64,000 nt of DNA. It comes from Lama glama (taxonomy: Eukaryota). The notes below the pieces were generated by a model that saw only the letters and a list, made by a program, of their open reading frames with translations, did no database searches and was not told the DNA's origin. Both the position numbers and the translations under genes were made by a program. Of this stretch, positions 12,077 to 23,744 are shown piece by piece; position 1 is the first letter of the stretch; each line of letters starts with the position of its first letter. The stretch is taken from the NCBI GenBank assembly GCA_028534125.1, contig CM052817.1, positions 50,966,001 to 51,030,000 of the forward strand, in the 5' to 3' direction.

Positions 12077-15000
12077 AAAAGGAAAAAGTCAATATAGTAC
12101 ACTAGGAAGTATCTTTTTAACACATAAAAACCCCCAAATTTGCCAAGATGACACATGTAAATCCTATCTTATCAATAACCAAGTAAAATGCAAATAGGCT
12201 AAACATTCTAATTAAAATATAAATATTGTCATCATAGGTTTTTTAATACCAAAACAATATAGAACCCAACCCTATACTGTCTATGGTATACATACTTTAG
12301 ATCTAAGTAAAGCAGTGGAAGATTTACCATACAAACAGAAAAAAAAAAAAAAGCTGGAATGGCTATATTAAGAAAAAATAGAATTTAAGACAAAAATTAT
12401 TTAAAGAGACATGTTATAATAATAAAACAGTTAATCTGTCATAGTCCCAAAATGAGGCAAATGACAGAATGGAAGGTAGAAAAAGACAATTCAATGACAC
12501 TAGTTGTATATTATCCGCTTAAAAAAATGAATAGAAAAACTAGGCAGAATATCAATAAAAAGTAGAAAACTTCAGTAGCATCATAAATCTACTAATTCTA
12601 ACAAACATATGGCACTCCAAAAAAAAAACAGCATAATTCCTATTCTTCTCAAATGTGTAACATTCTTTAGGATAATGTTATGTTAGGCCATAAAACAGAA
12701 CGCAATATAATTTAAAATATTAAAATAGTACAAAGTATATTCTCTGTCTGCAATGGAATTAGACTTAGAAACCAGTAACTGAAATTAGGAAAACTCAGTA
12801 TCTAGAAATTAAAGAATTCATTCCTATATAAACAATAGAACAAGGAAGGGATGAAAAGGAAATTAGAAAATCCACTAAGATAAGTAAAAACAAAAGATAC
12901 TGAAACTAATGGGATGCTTCTAAAGCAGTCTTTAGGGAAAAACGTGTAATTATACACCCCTATATTATTAAGAGGAAAGATCTCTAATAATATAACTTAC
13001 CAACTTAGTGAGTATAAAAAGAGATCAAAATAATACAAAACAAGGATAATGGAAATAATAAAAATTAGATTATAAAGAAAGAAAATGGGGAATAGAAAAC
13101 CATTGGAGAATGTTAGTTTTCAGAAAATGTTTGAAAAATTGACAAACCTATCACTAGATCACAGAAAAAATAGAGAAATTACTACTAACAGGAATAAAAG
13201 AAAGAAAACCAACTTTACAGAAATGAAAATATTATAAGTATTATACATTAACATCTATGTGCTAAAAAAATTAGATAACTTAGATGAAATGAACAAATTC
13301 CTAGAAAGACACAAACTAGCAAAATTGACTCAAGAAATAGATGATCTGATTAGACCTGTAACAAGACATTCAATTTGTGATTTTAAAAAAAATCCCACAA
13401 AGAAAAGCCCAGGCCAATGCCTTCAAATATTTAAGAAGAATTAATACCGATTCTTTAGAAACTCACTCTTTACATAAAATAGTAGGGAATATTTCACAAC
13501 TCACTCTATAAGGATGGTATTACCCTGTGACCAAAACAAGACAGACATTCACAAGAAGAAAACTACAGACTGATATCCTTTTGACTATAGGCCAAATTCT
13601 TCATTCTTCAACAAAATTCTAGCAAACCCAATACAGGCCTTAAAAAAAAAAAAAAAAAAGATTACAGTCAATGACAAAGTAGAATCTACTCCAGGAATGC
13701 AAGCCTGATTTAACATTTGAAAGTCAATTAATGTAATGCAACATATTAGTAGAATAAAAGACAAAATTTTATGATCATATCAAAAGACACAAAAGACAAA
13801 TTCCAACACTCCTGTGTGATTTAAAAAAAAAAACTCAACAAATTGAGAATAGATGGAAACTTCCTCAGCCTGTTAATACATCTAATTAAATACCTCCCCT
13901 AACATTAGAGATATAAAATGGATAAAGATTGAATGCTTTTTCCCTATACCAAGAACCAGACGTGGATGTCCACTTCTATTCAACATTGTACTGGAGGTTT
14001 TAGCCATAGAAATTAGGACAGAAAAATAAAGACTTGTACAAAAGTGAAACTCTATTTGTAAATGATGTGACCTTACAAAATACAAAATCTGATCACAATG
14101 AAACCATTAGGAGTAATGAACAATTTCAGCAAGGTTATATAGTACACAAGATTAATATAAAAAATTCAGCTGTAGTTTTATACCACAGCAATGAACAATT
14201 TAAAAAATAAAATTAAGAAAACAAACCTATTTATAATAGCATCAGAAAGAACAAAATGTCTGGTAATAAATTCAATGAAGTGTAAGACCAATACACAAAT
14301 CCACAAGACATTGTTGAAAAGTATTTCAGAAAATCTAGATAAATGGAAAGATATCCTAATGTGCATAAATCATATGACTAATATCGTTAACATGACAATA
14401 CTTTTCTAATTGGTCTATAAATTCAATGCACTTTTATAAAAATACCAGTTTTTTTTAACAGAATTTGATAAACTGTTCCTAAAGTTTTGATGGAAATATT
14501 AGGGACTCAGAATAGCAAAAACTACCTTGAAAAGGAAAAGCAAAGTGGGAGAACTCATATTCCTCTATTTCAAAACTTAACATAAACAACCCACTGAACA
14601 TAAACAACTGAACACAGAAAACTGCACATAAACAACTCAGATAATTAGAGAAAATATGAGAGCCTAGTCTCTTGAAAATATTAAGAAGTCTTACTACTCA
14701 AAAAATAAAAAGACAAAACCTCATTTTTATGGGCAAAGAATTTAAATAGCCATTTTTTAAAGAAGATATGCAAATGGTCAGTAAGCACATGAAAAGATGA
14801 TCAATGGCCTTAGTCATCAGTAAAATGGGATGGCTATAAACAAAAGGATAGATAAGCACAAATGTTGGTGAGGATGTGGAGAAACTGGAACCTTAATACA
14901 CCACTGGTGGGAATGTAAAATGGTACAGCTACTTTGGAAAACAGTCTGACTTTTAGTCAAAATGTTAAACATAGAGTTATTATAAGTCCAAGCAATTTCA

Positions 15001-15283
15001 CTCCTAGGTATACATTCAACAGAAATGGAAACATGCACATGCCACAATCAATCCATAACTTTAAAAGTTCTGGCAATCAAAATGTCCATCAACTGATGAA
15101 CGGATAAATAAAATGGGCATTTTTTTGCAATGGAATATTATTCAGCAATAAAAGGAATGAAATTTTGATACATAAGACAATACGGATTAGCCAGAAACAT
15201 TATGCTAAGTGAAAAAAGCCACTCACAAAACACCACAAATTAATGATTCTATTTATATATGTCCAAAGTAGGCAAATCCATAG

Positions 15284-15634
15284 TGTTAAAGCAATTAAGC
15301 AAGGAGGCCATTAGACAGAGGGTGACTCTAATGCCTTGACAGCCTACGTAAGCAAACCGAAACCTAAGCCAGAGTCCATGCACTGGAACCCAAGAAAATG
15401 AAGTTTAAGAGCAACCAATCATAAACAGCCAACGTGGCTTCCTAAACTTTTGAGCTATAGCAATAAAATCATCTCCTTGCTTTGCTTCCGCATCTTCTCT
15501 CCAAAAACTTTTCTGTTAGCTCCTGTTGGTAGAGTGATCCTAACAACTTTTGTTTTGGTGATGTCCAATTCTAACTGATGTATGATCAAATAAATTCTTG
15601 AAAATTTTAATGTACCTCAGTTTATCTTTTAACA
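15284..15634 (+). mobile_element. Solo LTR, ERV1 (class I)-type, 351 bp
   Basis: Termini TGTTAAA...TTTAACA form an inverted repeat. Perfect 4-bp TSD ATAG at 15280-15283 and 15635-15638. Removing it restores the L1 3' UTR (GGCAAATCCATAG|AGACAGAAAG). Confidence 0.9.
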
Positions 15635-16399
15635 ATAGAGACAGAAAGTATATTGGTGGTTGCCCATGACTGGGGAAGGGAGAGTTTGGAGGGAAATGAA
15701 GTGTGACTTCAATTGATTAATGGGATGTTTGGGGGTATGAAGATATTCTAAAATCAGATCATTGGTAATGGCTGCACAACAGTGAATATACTAAAAACCA
15801 CTGGATTGTAGAAAAACAAAAATTCTGTATTTTGATGTATGTAAATGTTATTTAAAACCTTTTCAACATGTAATAATAGTAACAAAACAGGGAGATTTAA
15901 TGTGGGTGAAGGTTTATATGAAATGCAATAATATTATTTAGTATTATTATATCTTAATAGCTTTGATATCACATGAAGTATATTACCTCTTCAAAGTCCT
16001 TTAAGAGTTATTATGATATTCAGATAAATGACTGCATGTGGAAATGCTAGGCAGATTTGACTTGTGAATATTTGGAGCAAGTGCTTAAATGTTTGCCTTC
16101 AAGATAATAAAGCCCCAAGAATTTGTAAGGTATAATACTTTTCTAAGGTGAGCTCTGCTAGGGAGATTAGTTAATGAAGACAAACACTAAAACAGACCCT
16201 AGTCAAAATAACTGAAACCATTTTATTGGATATAAAGAAAGAATTTGTACATAAGAAAAAAAATTTAAAAACAACTAATTCCAGTAGAGAAATAGACAAG
16301 ACCACTTCACCTCCTGACTTTTCATAGGATACAGTTTTGGGAATTCCAATCTGCTTATCTAATTTCTAATTATTATTATTGATATTTGTATAATATGAT

Positions 16400-16510
16400 A
16401 TATGTATTATATATATAGTTATATTCATAATATTTGTATTGCTTTCACTACACATAAGGCATTTCACAAATGTAAACTCATTTAATACTATAAACAACCC
16501 TAGAAGCTGA
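16400..16510 (-). mobile_element. MIR fragment
   Basis: CATTTCACAAATGTAAACTCATTTAATACTATAAACAACCCTAGAAG resembles the reverse-complement MIR core. Confidence 0.55.
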
Positions 16511-16529
16511 ATATATGATACCAAAGGTA

Positions 16530-17215
16530 TAATTAAGGAAATAGTCCAAATGTAAAGCACAAAGTACAAAGCAGATAAAAACCATACAAAAGTTACATAA
16601 AACTGAGAGAAAATCCAACATTTATCTAATTGGAATTCTAGAAGGTGAGAACAATTCTAGAAGCTAAGAAAATCAACAGAAAAATAAAAGATTTTAAACG
16701 TCCTGTGTAAAACAAAAGTCACAAGAATATCCAAGAACATTAAGAAAAAAAAAAAAGCTCTTTGAGTGAGGCAAAGTAAACATGTCTGACCAGATGTCAT
16801 AATGCAGTAAAGTTACAGTAATTAAAAATGTGTGCTTTTGGTGTAAGAATAGAAAAATGCATTAATGGAATAGATTAGGTATAGATAGAAAAACATGTAT
16901 AAATGTTAAAGTAGCATTGGTAAAGATGACATTAAATTAATGATTGTATGATAATTGGCTACATATTTATATAACAAAAATATATACCCTGACTTTACAA
17001 CAAGCATATGCCCAACTGTATGCCTAAAAATGCATGGGGGACTTAAAATACACAGATTTTTAAGATCTATACACAATTGGAAGAAAATATAGAAAATTAA
17101 AAAATAGTTTCTGGTTGTAAACTTATAAGCATGTTATAACCCAGAAGCCATTAAGGCAAATATTTACTAAAGGAATATTTTAAATGGTACATAGCAAAAA
17201 ACACCAGAAATGTAA
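16530..17215 (+). mobile_element. Very old L1 (L1ME-like) fragments
   Basis: A-rich sequence with decayed ORF1/ORF2-like motifs (CTAATTGGAATTCTAGAAGG; ACAGTAATTAAAAATGTGTG; GAAGAAAATATAG). Confidence 0.55.
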
Positions 17216-17220
17216 TTTAA

Positions 17221-17320
17221 GAAGGACTGAGGAAAGGAAGGAGGAAAGAGAAAGAAAAGGATGGAAGCAAGAAAGGAAGGAAGGGGGGAGAGGTAGAGGA
17301 GTAGCAAAATAAAGGAGGAG
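17221..17320 (+). repeat. Purine-rich (GGAA/GA) low-complexity tract
   Basis: Directly visible. Confidence 0.85.
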
Positions 17321-17359
17321 TATTTCTAGGTTTGTTTAATGCCATTAAGTGCCAAGCAC

Positions 17360-18388
17360 ATTTTTGGATTGGGCCGTGTTGTTAAGTTGTATGAGCTGTT
17401 TTTATATTCTTGAAATTAAAACTTTAGTCAGTCACATCATTTGCAAAAATGGGCACAAGACCCAAACAAGCAATTCTCCAATGAAGACATATGAATGGCC
17501 AACAGGCACATAAAAAAATGCTCAATATCACTAATTATCAGAGAAATGCAGATCAAAACTACAATGAGGTATCACCTCACGCCACTCAGAATGGCCATCA
17601 TTCAAAAGTCCCCAAACAATAAATGCTGGAGAGGGTGTGGAAAAAAGGGAACCCGCCTACACTGTTGGTGGGAATGTAGTTTTGTGCAGCCATTATTGAA
17701 AACAGTATGGATTTTCCTCAAAAAACTAAAAATAGACTCACCATATGACCCAGCAATCCCACTCTTGGACATATACCTGGAGAAAATTCGAATTCAAAAA
17801 AATGCATGCACCCCAAAGTTCACAGCAGCACTATATACAATAGCCAAGACATGGAAACAACCTAAGTGTCCATTGACAGAAGACTGGATAAAGAAGTTGT
17901 GGTATATTTATACCATGGAATACTACTCAGCCATAAAAAGAATAATACAATGCCATTTGCAGCAACATGAATGGACCTAGAGTTTACCATTCTAAGTGAA
18001 GTAAGCCAGAAAGACAAAGAAAAATACCATATGATATCACTCATAGGTAGAATCTAAAAAAAAAAAAGAAAAAAAAGAAGACACTAATGAACTCATCTAC
18101 AAAACAGAAGCAGACTCACAGACATAGTAGACAATCTTATGGTTACCATGGGAAGGGATAAATTTGAGAGTTTGGGATTTCCAAATGTTAGCCACTATGT
18201 GTATAAATAGATTAAAAAAAAAAACTAATTTCTTCTGTGTAGCACAGGTAACTATCCTCAGTATCTTGTAATAACTTTTAATGAAAAAGAATATGAAAAT
18301 GAATATATGTATTTATATGCATGACTGGGAAGTTGTGCTGTACGCCAGAAATTGACACATTGTAACTGACTGCACTTCAATTAAAAAA
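17360..18388 (+). mobile_element. Young L1 with 5' inversion (ORF2 C-terminus plus 3' UTR), inserted into a MIR
   Basis: 13-bp TSD AAGTGCCAAGCAC at 17347-17359 and 18389-18401. Segment 17360-17447 is antisense. ORF 17495..17980 carries the ORF2 CCHC motif [18 protein letters not shown]. Ends in an A-tail. Confidence 0.95.
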
Positions 18389-18510
18389 AAGTGCCAAGCA
18401 CTATGATAGATTCCTAATATACACCAACTCTTATTCTAAAAACTAAAAAAAAAAAGTGGTATTATAGGTATTATCTGCATTTTAGAGAGAAAAGAACAAA
18501 AACTTAGTTT
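18389..18510 (-). mobile_element. MIR remnant (host of the L1 insertion)
   Basis: GTGCCAAGCACTATG...ATAGGTATTATCTGCATTTTAGAGAGAAAAGAAC matches the antisense MIR pattern. Confidence 0.5.
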
Positions 18511-19069
18511 ATCGAAACAATGTGGTGCAAGTGAAGTATTACACAAAAGTGAATTCACTGGACACAGATGTACATGATTTATCACAGGCATATTTTACTA
18601 AAAATAGTTATGTTACTTCATAACGATATTTCCAGATGTGTAAGGCACTCACAATGATACCTAACATTCATTGCCTTACATACTCATGTTACCAAAGACC
18701 CATCAGAGGTAATCAATCAGCAGGTGAGGGGCACAGGCAAGATTCAATATCCACGTACCTGTTTTCTGAATAAATTCCTACTTTAACAGTTTTATTATTC
18801 TTATTACTTGGTTTGCCACAAACTTTTGGAACATCATCCAGATTTTTTCAGTTAAGTTGTACATCACTGAGTCAGTCAATTTCAAGAATTTCCAGCAATA
18901 TCGCCAATGAAAGCATTCATGTACATGCACATGCACACACACAAATACCCGGAGGTTCTTCATTCTAACAATGCTTATAGATGATTAATCTATATTTTGT
19001 CAACTTTCTTATCTGAAGTTGATAAATACAATAGCACATAAAAAATCAAAGGATTTTCAAGTCCATAGA

Positions 19070-19479
19070 TGTGGATAAATATCTTCTTGATGGCCTCCAA
19101 TAAATCACAACTTTCAGTGTCTACACCTTGGGAAGTCCTCTCCCATACTGACTGTGGGCTTGCCTAGAGACTTGATTTGGTCCATGTGACATCAGCAAAG
19201 CTGAGTCAAGCACAAGTGTGCTAATGTCTTTGTAGAGTGGCAGCTTGCATCTTGAAACCCTGAGGAATACCTGGACAAAAATACTGGAATGAAAACCCCT
19301 TCCACCTGAGGTGTCTAGCTGAGCCTAGCGTCAGGGAAATGCGTCTGCAAAGTGAACCCAAGTTAAACCAGCAAAAGGACCACCAGGTCAACTAACAGAA
19401 TCAGAGGTAACAACACACTGTTCTTGTTTTAAGCCAGTAAATGTTAGGGTGATTTGTTATATAGCAACGGATAACTAAG
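19070..19479 (+). mobile_element. MaLR solo LTR (old MLT1, G/H/I-like)
   Basis: Begins TGTGG and ends in the typical MLT1 3' end TTGTTTTAAGCCAGTAAATGTTAGGGTGATTTGTTATATAGCAACGGATAACTAA. Confidence 0.8.
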
Positions 19480-19494
19480 GTAGTTCTACGGTCT

Positions 19495-19717
19495 TTCACT
19501 TTGATACCCACTAGCTGGGTTATGTTGGGCAAAGCTCCGTGACTCAGATTTTTCTTCATCAGTAAAATCAGGATAATAGCTATAGCCAGCAATTGCATAG
19601 AGGTTACTATTTAAACCTCATCACGTTTAAACCTTATGACAACATTCTGGGCAGAACAGTTATCATCTCCATGTCTTGGAAGAAGAAATGGAACAGAGGT
19701 GAACAAATGTGTCCAAA
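19495..19717. mobile_element. Two MIR fragments in opposite orientation (+ about 19495-19585; - about 19610-19717)
   Basis: CTAGCTGGGTTATGTTGGGCAAAG...CTCAGATTTTTCTTCATCAGTAAAATCAGGATAATA is a sense core. TTTAAACCTTATGACAAC...ATCTCCAT...AGAAGAAATGGAACAGAGGT is an antisense core. Confidence 0.6.
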
Positions 19718-19794
19718 GGGGAGTTTGAGGTAAGAAAGTTTTAACCACTATATATAAAAATAGATAAAAAACAGATTTCTTCTGTATAAAAAAA
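19718..19794 (+). mobile_element. About 75-bp internal fragment of a young L1 3' UTR with a short A-tail
   Basis: Aligns by eye to 18166-18240 (GAGTTTG...ACCACTAT...AAATAGAT...ATTTCTTCTGT), then an A7 run. Confidence 0.7.
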
Positions 19795-22700
19795 GTGGCT
19801 TTTCAGTTTGTGCTTTCAATTTTTATTCACTACAGCCAGGTTTGTGCCAATCTTTAAACAGGAAGAGAAATTTTCTCTCTTTCTATCTTTTTTTGTTTTC
19901 TAAGTGTCCTGCTTGTCAGAATTGATATATATCAATTAGATTTTAAGTGTGACCAGTAGTTCTTTCTGCTCAGTTGTGGGATTTTTCTCTCTAGCTGCCT
20001 GTATTTCTGTGGTTTTGCTAGAGGAAACTTTTTCCTCTCTATAATCCTGTGTTATTCTATTGCACTCTGGAGAGCAGTCCATCTGCTTCTGCTGGTTTAT
20101 ACATAACAAGCTCTGCTTAGGAACCTAAAAGGACATAAATCTAGAACTACAGATCCATGCTTGTCAGTGCCATATAATACAGCTTGTGTTCAGTAATTAT
20201 GTATGATAAACATCGTGATTATAATACATCTCATCCACTCAGGTGGTCTGCTAACACACACATTATACTGACTTCCTGACATAACTAGGCTATACACAGC
20301 TTTGTAATGTGCTATTTCCTGTGCTGTAAGACTTCTTTTTATCTTTTTCAAGATTGTGCAAATGATGGTTCCTTGCATCCTGAATGCACCATGCACATTA
20401 AATTACAATTTGAGGCCTCATACTCTCCAAAATAATTTGCTCCAAATAAGTTTGCATTCATTTCAGCGGTCCATTAAGGGCTATTATTTGTTAGGCTCCA
20501 GAGATTTACTATTGACAAATTATGAAAACTGTACTTCTAAATAATTATATTCCTCGATTTCCTCTAAGCAACCTTTCTCCACATGTTCTAGTAAATGGTA
20601 TTTGTTCATCAAAGTATGCTAAAGCAGACTTCATAAAAGTGAACAAAATGAATCCTCATCCAGTGAAACTCAATTAATAATGCTGGTTACTTGTACACAG
20701 AAACAAAACTTGGGTTAGTCAAGAACCTACCCTACCAACTCTAGATATTTGACAAATTAGAAAACATTTTTAGTACATCAGAGAAAATTGATGAGTCAAT
20801 ATGCAAATAGTTGTATGAAATTTATGAAACAGGAATAAAGCCATTCTTTCCTGTAGTGATGTTTAAAATATGTTAAATCCCAAGAAAGTGTTTAGTATAT
20901 ATATATACTTTTAGGCATATTTGGAATCCCAGGAATATGCAGACTTTAATATGCTGCAGTGTCTGGTTTCAACAGCTAGACACCTGAATTTTTAATAAAA
21001 AGTGCCAGAAAAATCTTACAATTTTGAGCAATATATTTGAACTTGAAATGAATAATAGCTTCTTCTGGGAAAACTGAAAACTCAAAGTTTATGTAATGAG
21101 GTTTTAGCAAATATTATATGTAAGATCTTGTCCTTCTTCTTCCTATTTTCTTTTATTCTCTAAGAGGTAATTCCACATGCATGCAGAAGAAACCTGACTT
21201 GTTCCCCTAGAGGATTTCTGGAGAATTTACATCCTGATTTGCTCTACTTTTGCCAAGAAAGACTCACCACCACACCTACCTGTGGTCTATATAAGGTCCC
21301 TAACACCAGAGGACGAGAAGAAAGATTAACTGTGGATTCTTAAAACAATATTTATGTGAACTGTTTTCCTGTTCTACCTTTAAAAATGTTTCCTTAAAAA
21401 TATGCCTTGTTTAAGAAATGTCCATTATGTCTACTTATTTAAGATATGTCTATTTATCTAATTACCTATCTATCTTTCATTATCTCCAAATTCATCTTGT
21501 TCCAATAACTTCACTTTCCTTTTCTTTATCCAAATGCTTACAGGATATCTAAGAGTCATCCTAAAGGCTATATGCATTTATTAACAGCACATTATAAAAA
21601 TATACTTTAACTATAGTTTTAAATATTTTAGAACTTGCTCTCCCATGAATTATCTTACTACATTTTTGTTAAGCAATATTTGTTCATCAGTATATACTAA
21701 GAATAGTTTAAATGAATAAATGTATAAATATATAAAATATATGTATAATTAAATAAATGTATATATATAATCTACATAAGTTTGGGTACATACATACACA
21801 CACAGTCATATATATATATATGTAAAGTGCTTTTGTTTCAGAGTCTCATAAAACCCATGGAAAAAAGAAAAATTTACTGCTGGCTAAGGTTTCAATCAAG
21901 GAAAGGAAATAATAATATACAGATCTTTTACAATTCCTAAACTATTTCTCAATTCCTATAGTAAAATAGCAGTAGAAAAGCATATACATTCATATACACC
22001 TTTTCAATTGATCATTCTCCATTTTTTGTACCATTCTTTAGAGGGTCTATTTTATGCCAGGTTAACCCCTGTAACTTCTGCTTTAAGACAGCCCTTGAAC
22101 ATGCATTACTACGTCTCCATTTGTTAATTCAGTCCTCTTTTAAACAGACCATGAACATATATCATACAAACTTCTGTCCAGTTGCTCCATATAGAGATTC
22201 TGTATAGTCAATCATTATCAAACCCAGCTTACTTCTTCTCCCAGGTGACTGTAGATTGAATGAAACTTATTGTTGGCCAAGATGAAGAGACAATGAGATT
22301 ACTGGAGGAAATCTCCAGGTACCTTCAGGTGAAGGATGGAAGTTAAACAACTTCTGAATCTCTGCCACCTTATATCTGGATTCTTGCCACAAATATATCA
22401 ATGTGCTTCCCTTTACATATAAAAGTTTTATATCTATCACACAACCAAAGGGAAACAATATAGGGGTTTTGATTAATTTATGAATTTATCAAAAATTATG
22501 TTTTAAGTATTATACTTTATGTGTATAGTTAATGTTAAGACTTCCTACGGAAATATTCATGATTTAAAACAATGATTGGTAACTTTATACAGTTCTCAAA
22601 AATGTCAAAAGACATTTGATTACCCAAAACACTCAATCATTTTTCAATTCTACAGTTATTATAGGATAGTGAAAAAGATATTAACCTGGTTTTAGAGACT

Positions 22701-23744
22701 CTAGGTTTTAGTCTGGGAATTTTACTCTGAGTTCTTCCCATATCAAGCAGAGCAGTCTCCTTTTTGTAAGAAATGAGATAGTTAAAAGAGCATTAACAGT
22801 CAATATTTTATGACAATAATCATTACCTTTTGTCTAATTAGAATTTTCATTAAAGTAGCTGATACTACCCATGTGTAGTGTGACTGGAAAACTTATCACC
22901 TAAACCAAACCAATTTTGAGAGGGAAGAGGAATGCTATTAAAAATCAGGCACATACCAAGACTCTTCCAGGAAGGAAGACATTTAAAGACATGGTGCCCC
23001 TTCCCATTCAGTTTATAAGCTTCATATTCCTTTTCTCATAATTCATAAATGCTTATCTGTTTCTAATCCTATCTCAGTATGCATATTTTATTAGATTTAT
23101 GCTCTATAAAATCCCATCTCTATATTTAGTTACCGATAATCTGTACTTAATCTAAGTTACATGATTTTTCTTCCACCATATTCTAATATTCACTATAGGC
23201 AATTCCCCAATTATGTCTATAAATCACAAACTTCTGCCAGTAATGTAAATTATCACCAATGACTCCTTTGCATTGTGCTTCGCCTATTTTTATTTTACCT
23301 TTTTTTTCCCCACATTAATTTCTTTCTAATAGAAACTCCCAGGTCACTGATTTCTCTCATTTCTTCTAATCCCAACACTTTTCCCCTGACATGCTCCTCA
23401 TCATCTGAATTCACTTCAATATTTTTACACACAGGAATCCATGAAAGACAGTATCAACTAATTTCTTGCTAGCATTCTCGGTGTCTTCCACTCCTGACAA
23501 TCTACCTTACTGATTCCTAATTTTAATAATAATCATGATGATGATAATAATAATAAATCAGATCAATATTTGCTTCCTTTTTCATGTTATGTGGCACTAG
23601 CAAAATAAATTACTGTAACCATGACACTTAGTAAAAGTTCACTTTTTTTTAGGTTCAATTATTTCCATCCTTGCCTAGCATCATTTCACAATCTCTAGTT
23701 GATTATAACATATAGAAGAATAGCTACTTGTCTTAAAGTTTATT

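Larger units (their letters stand above)
10740..15860 (+). mobile_element. Old L1MB-like element (inter-ORF region, ORF2, 3' UTR), interrupted by a young L1 and a solo LTR
   Basis: ORF2 remnants (13259 'KLDNLDEMNKFLERHKLAKLTQE'; 14191 'ISENLDKWKDI'). L1MB-type 3' UTR at 15080-15860 (GAGACAGAAAGTATATTGGTGGTTGCC...GGCTGCACAACAGTGAATATACTAAAAACCACTG). Confidence 0.85.

Noticed and set aside
17495..17980. 161-aa ORF as a cellular zinc-finger gene
   Set aside because: It is the L1 ORF2 C-terminus inside a TSD-flanked, truncated insertion.
22243..22330. Plus-strand exon candidate (TTCTTCTCCCAG|GTGACT...CAG|GTACCT)
   Set aside because: Stops in all three frames and a weak donor; no independent support.
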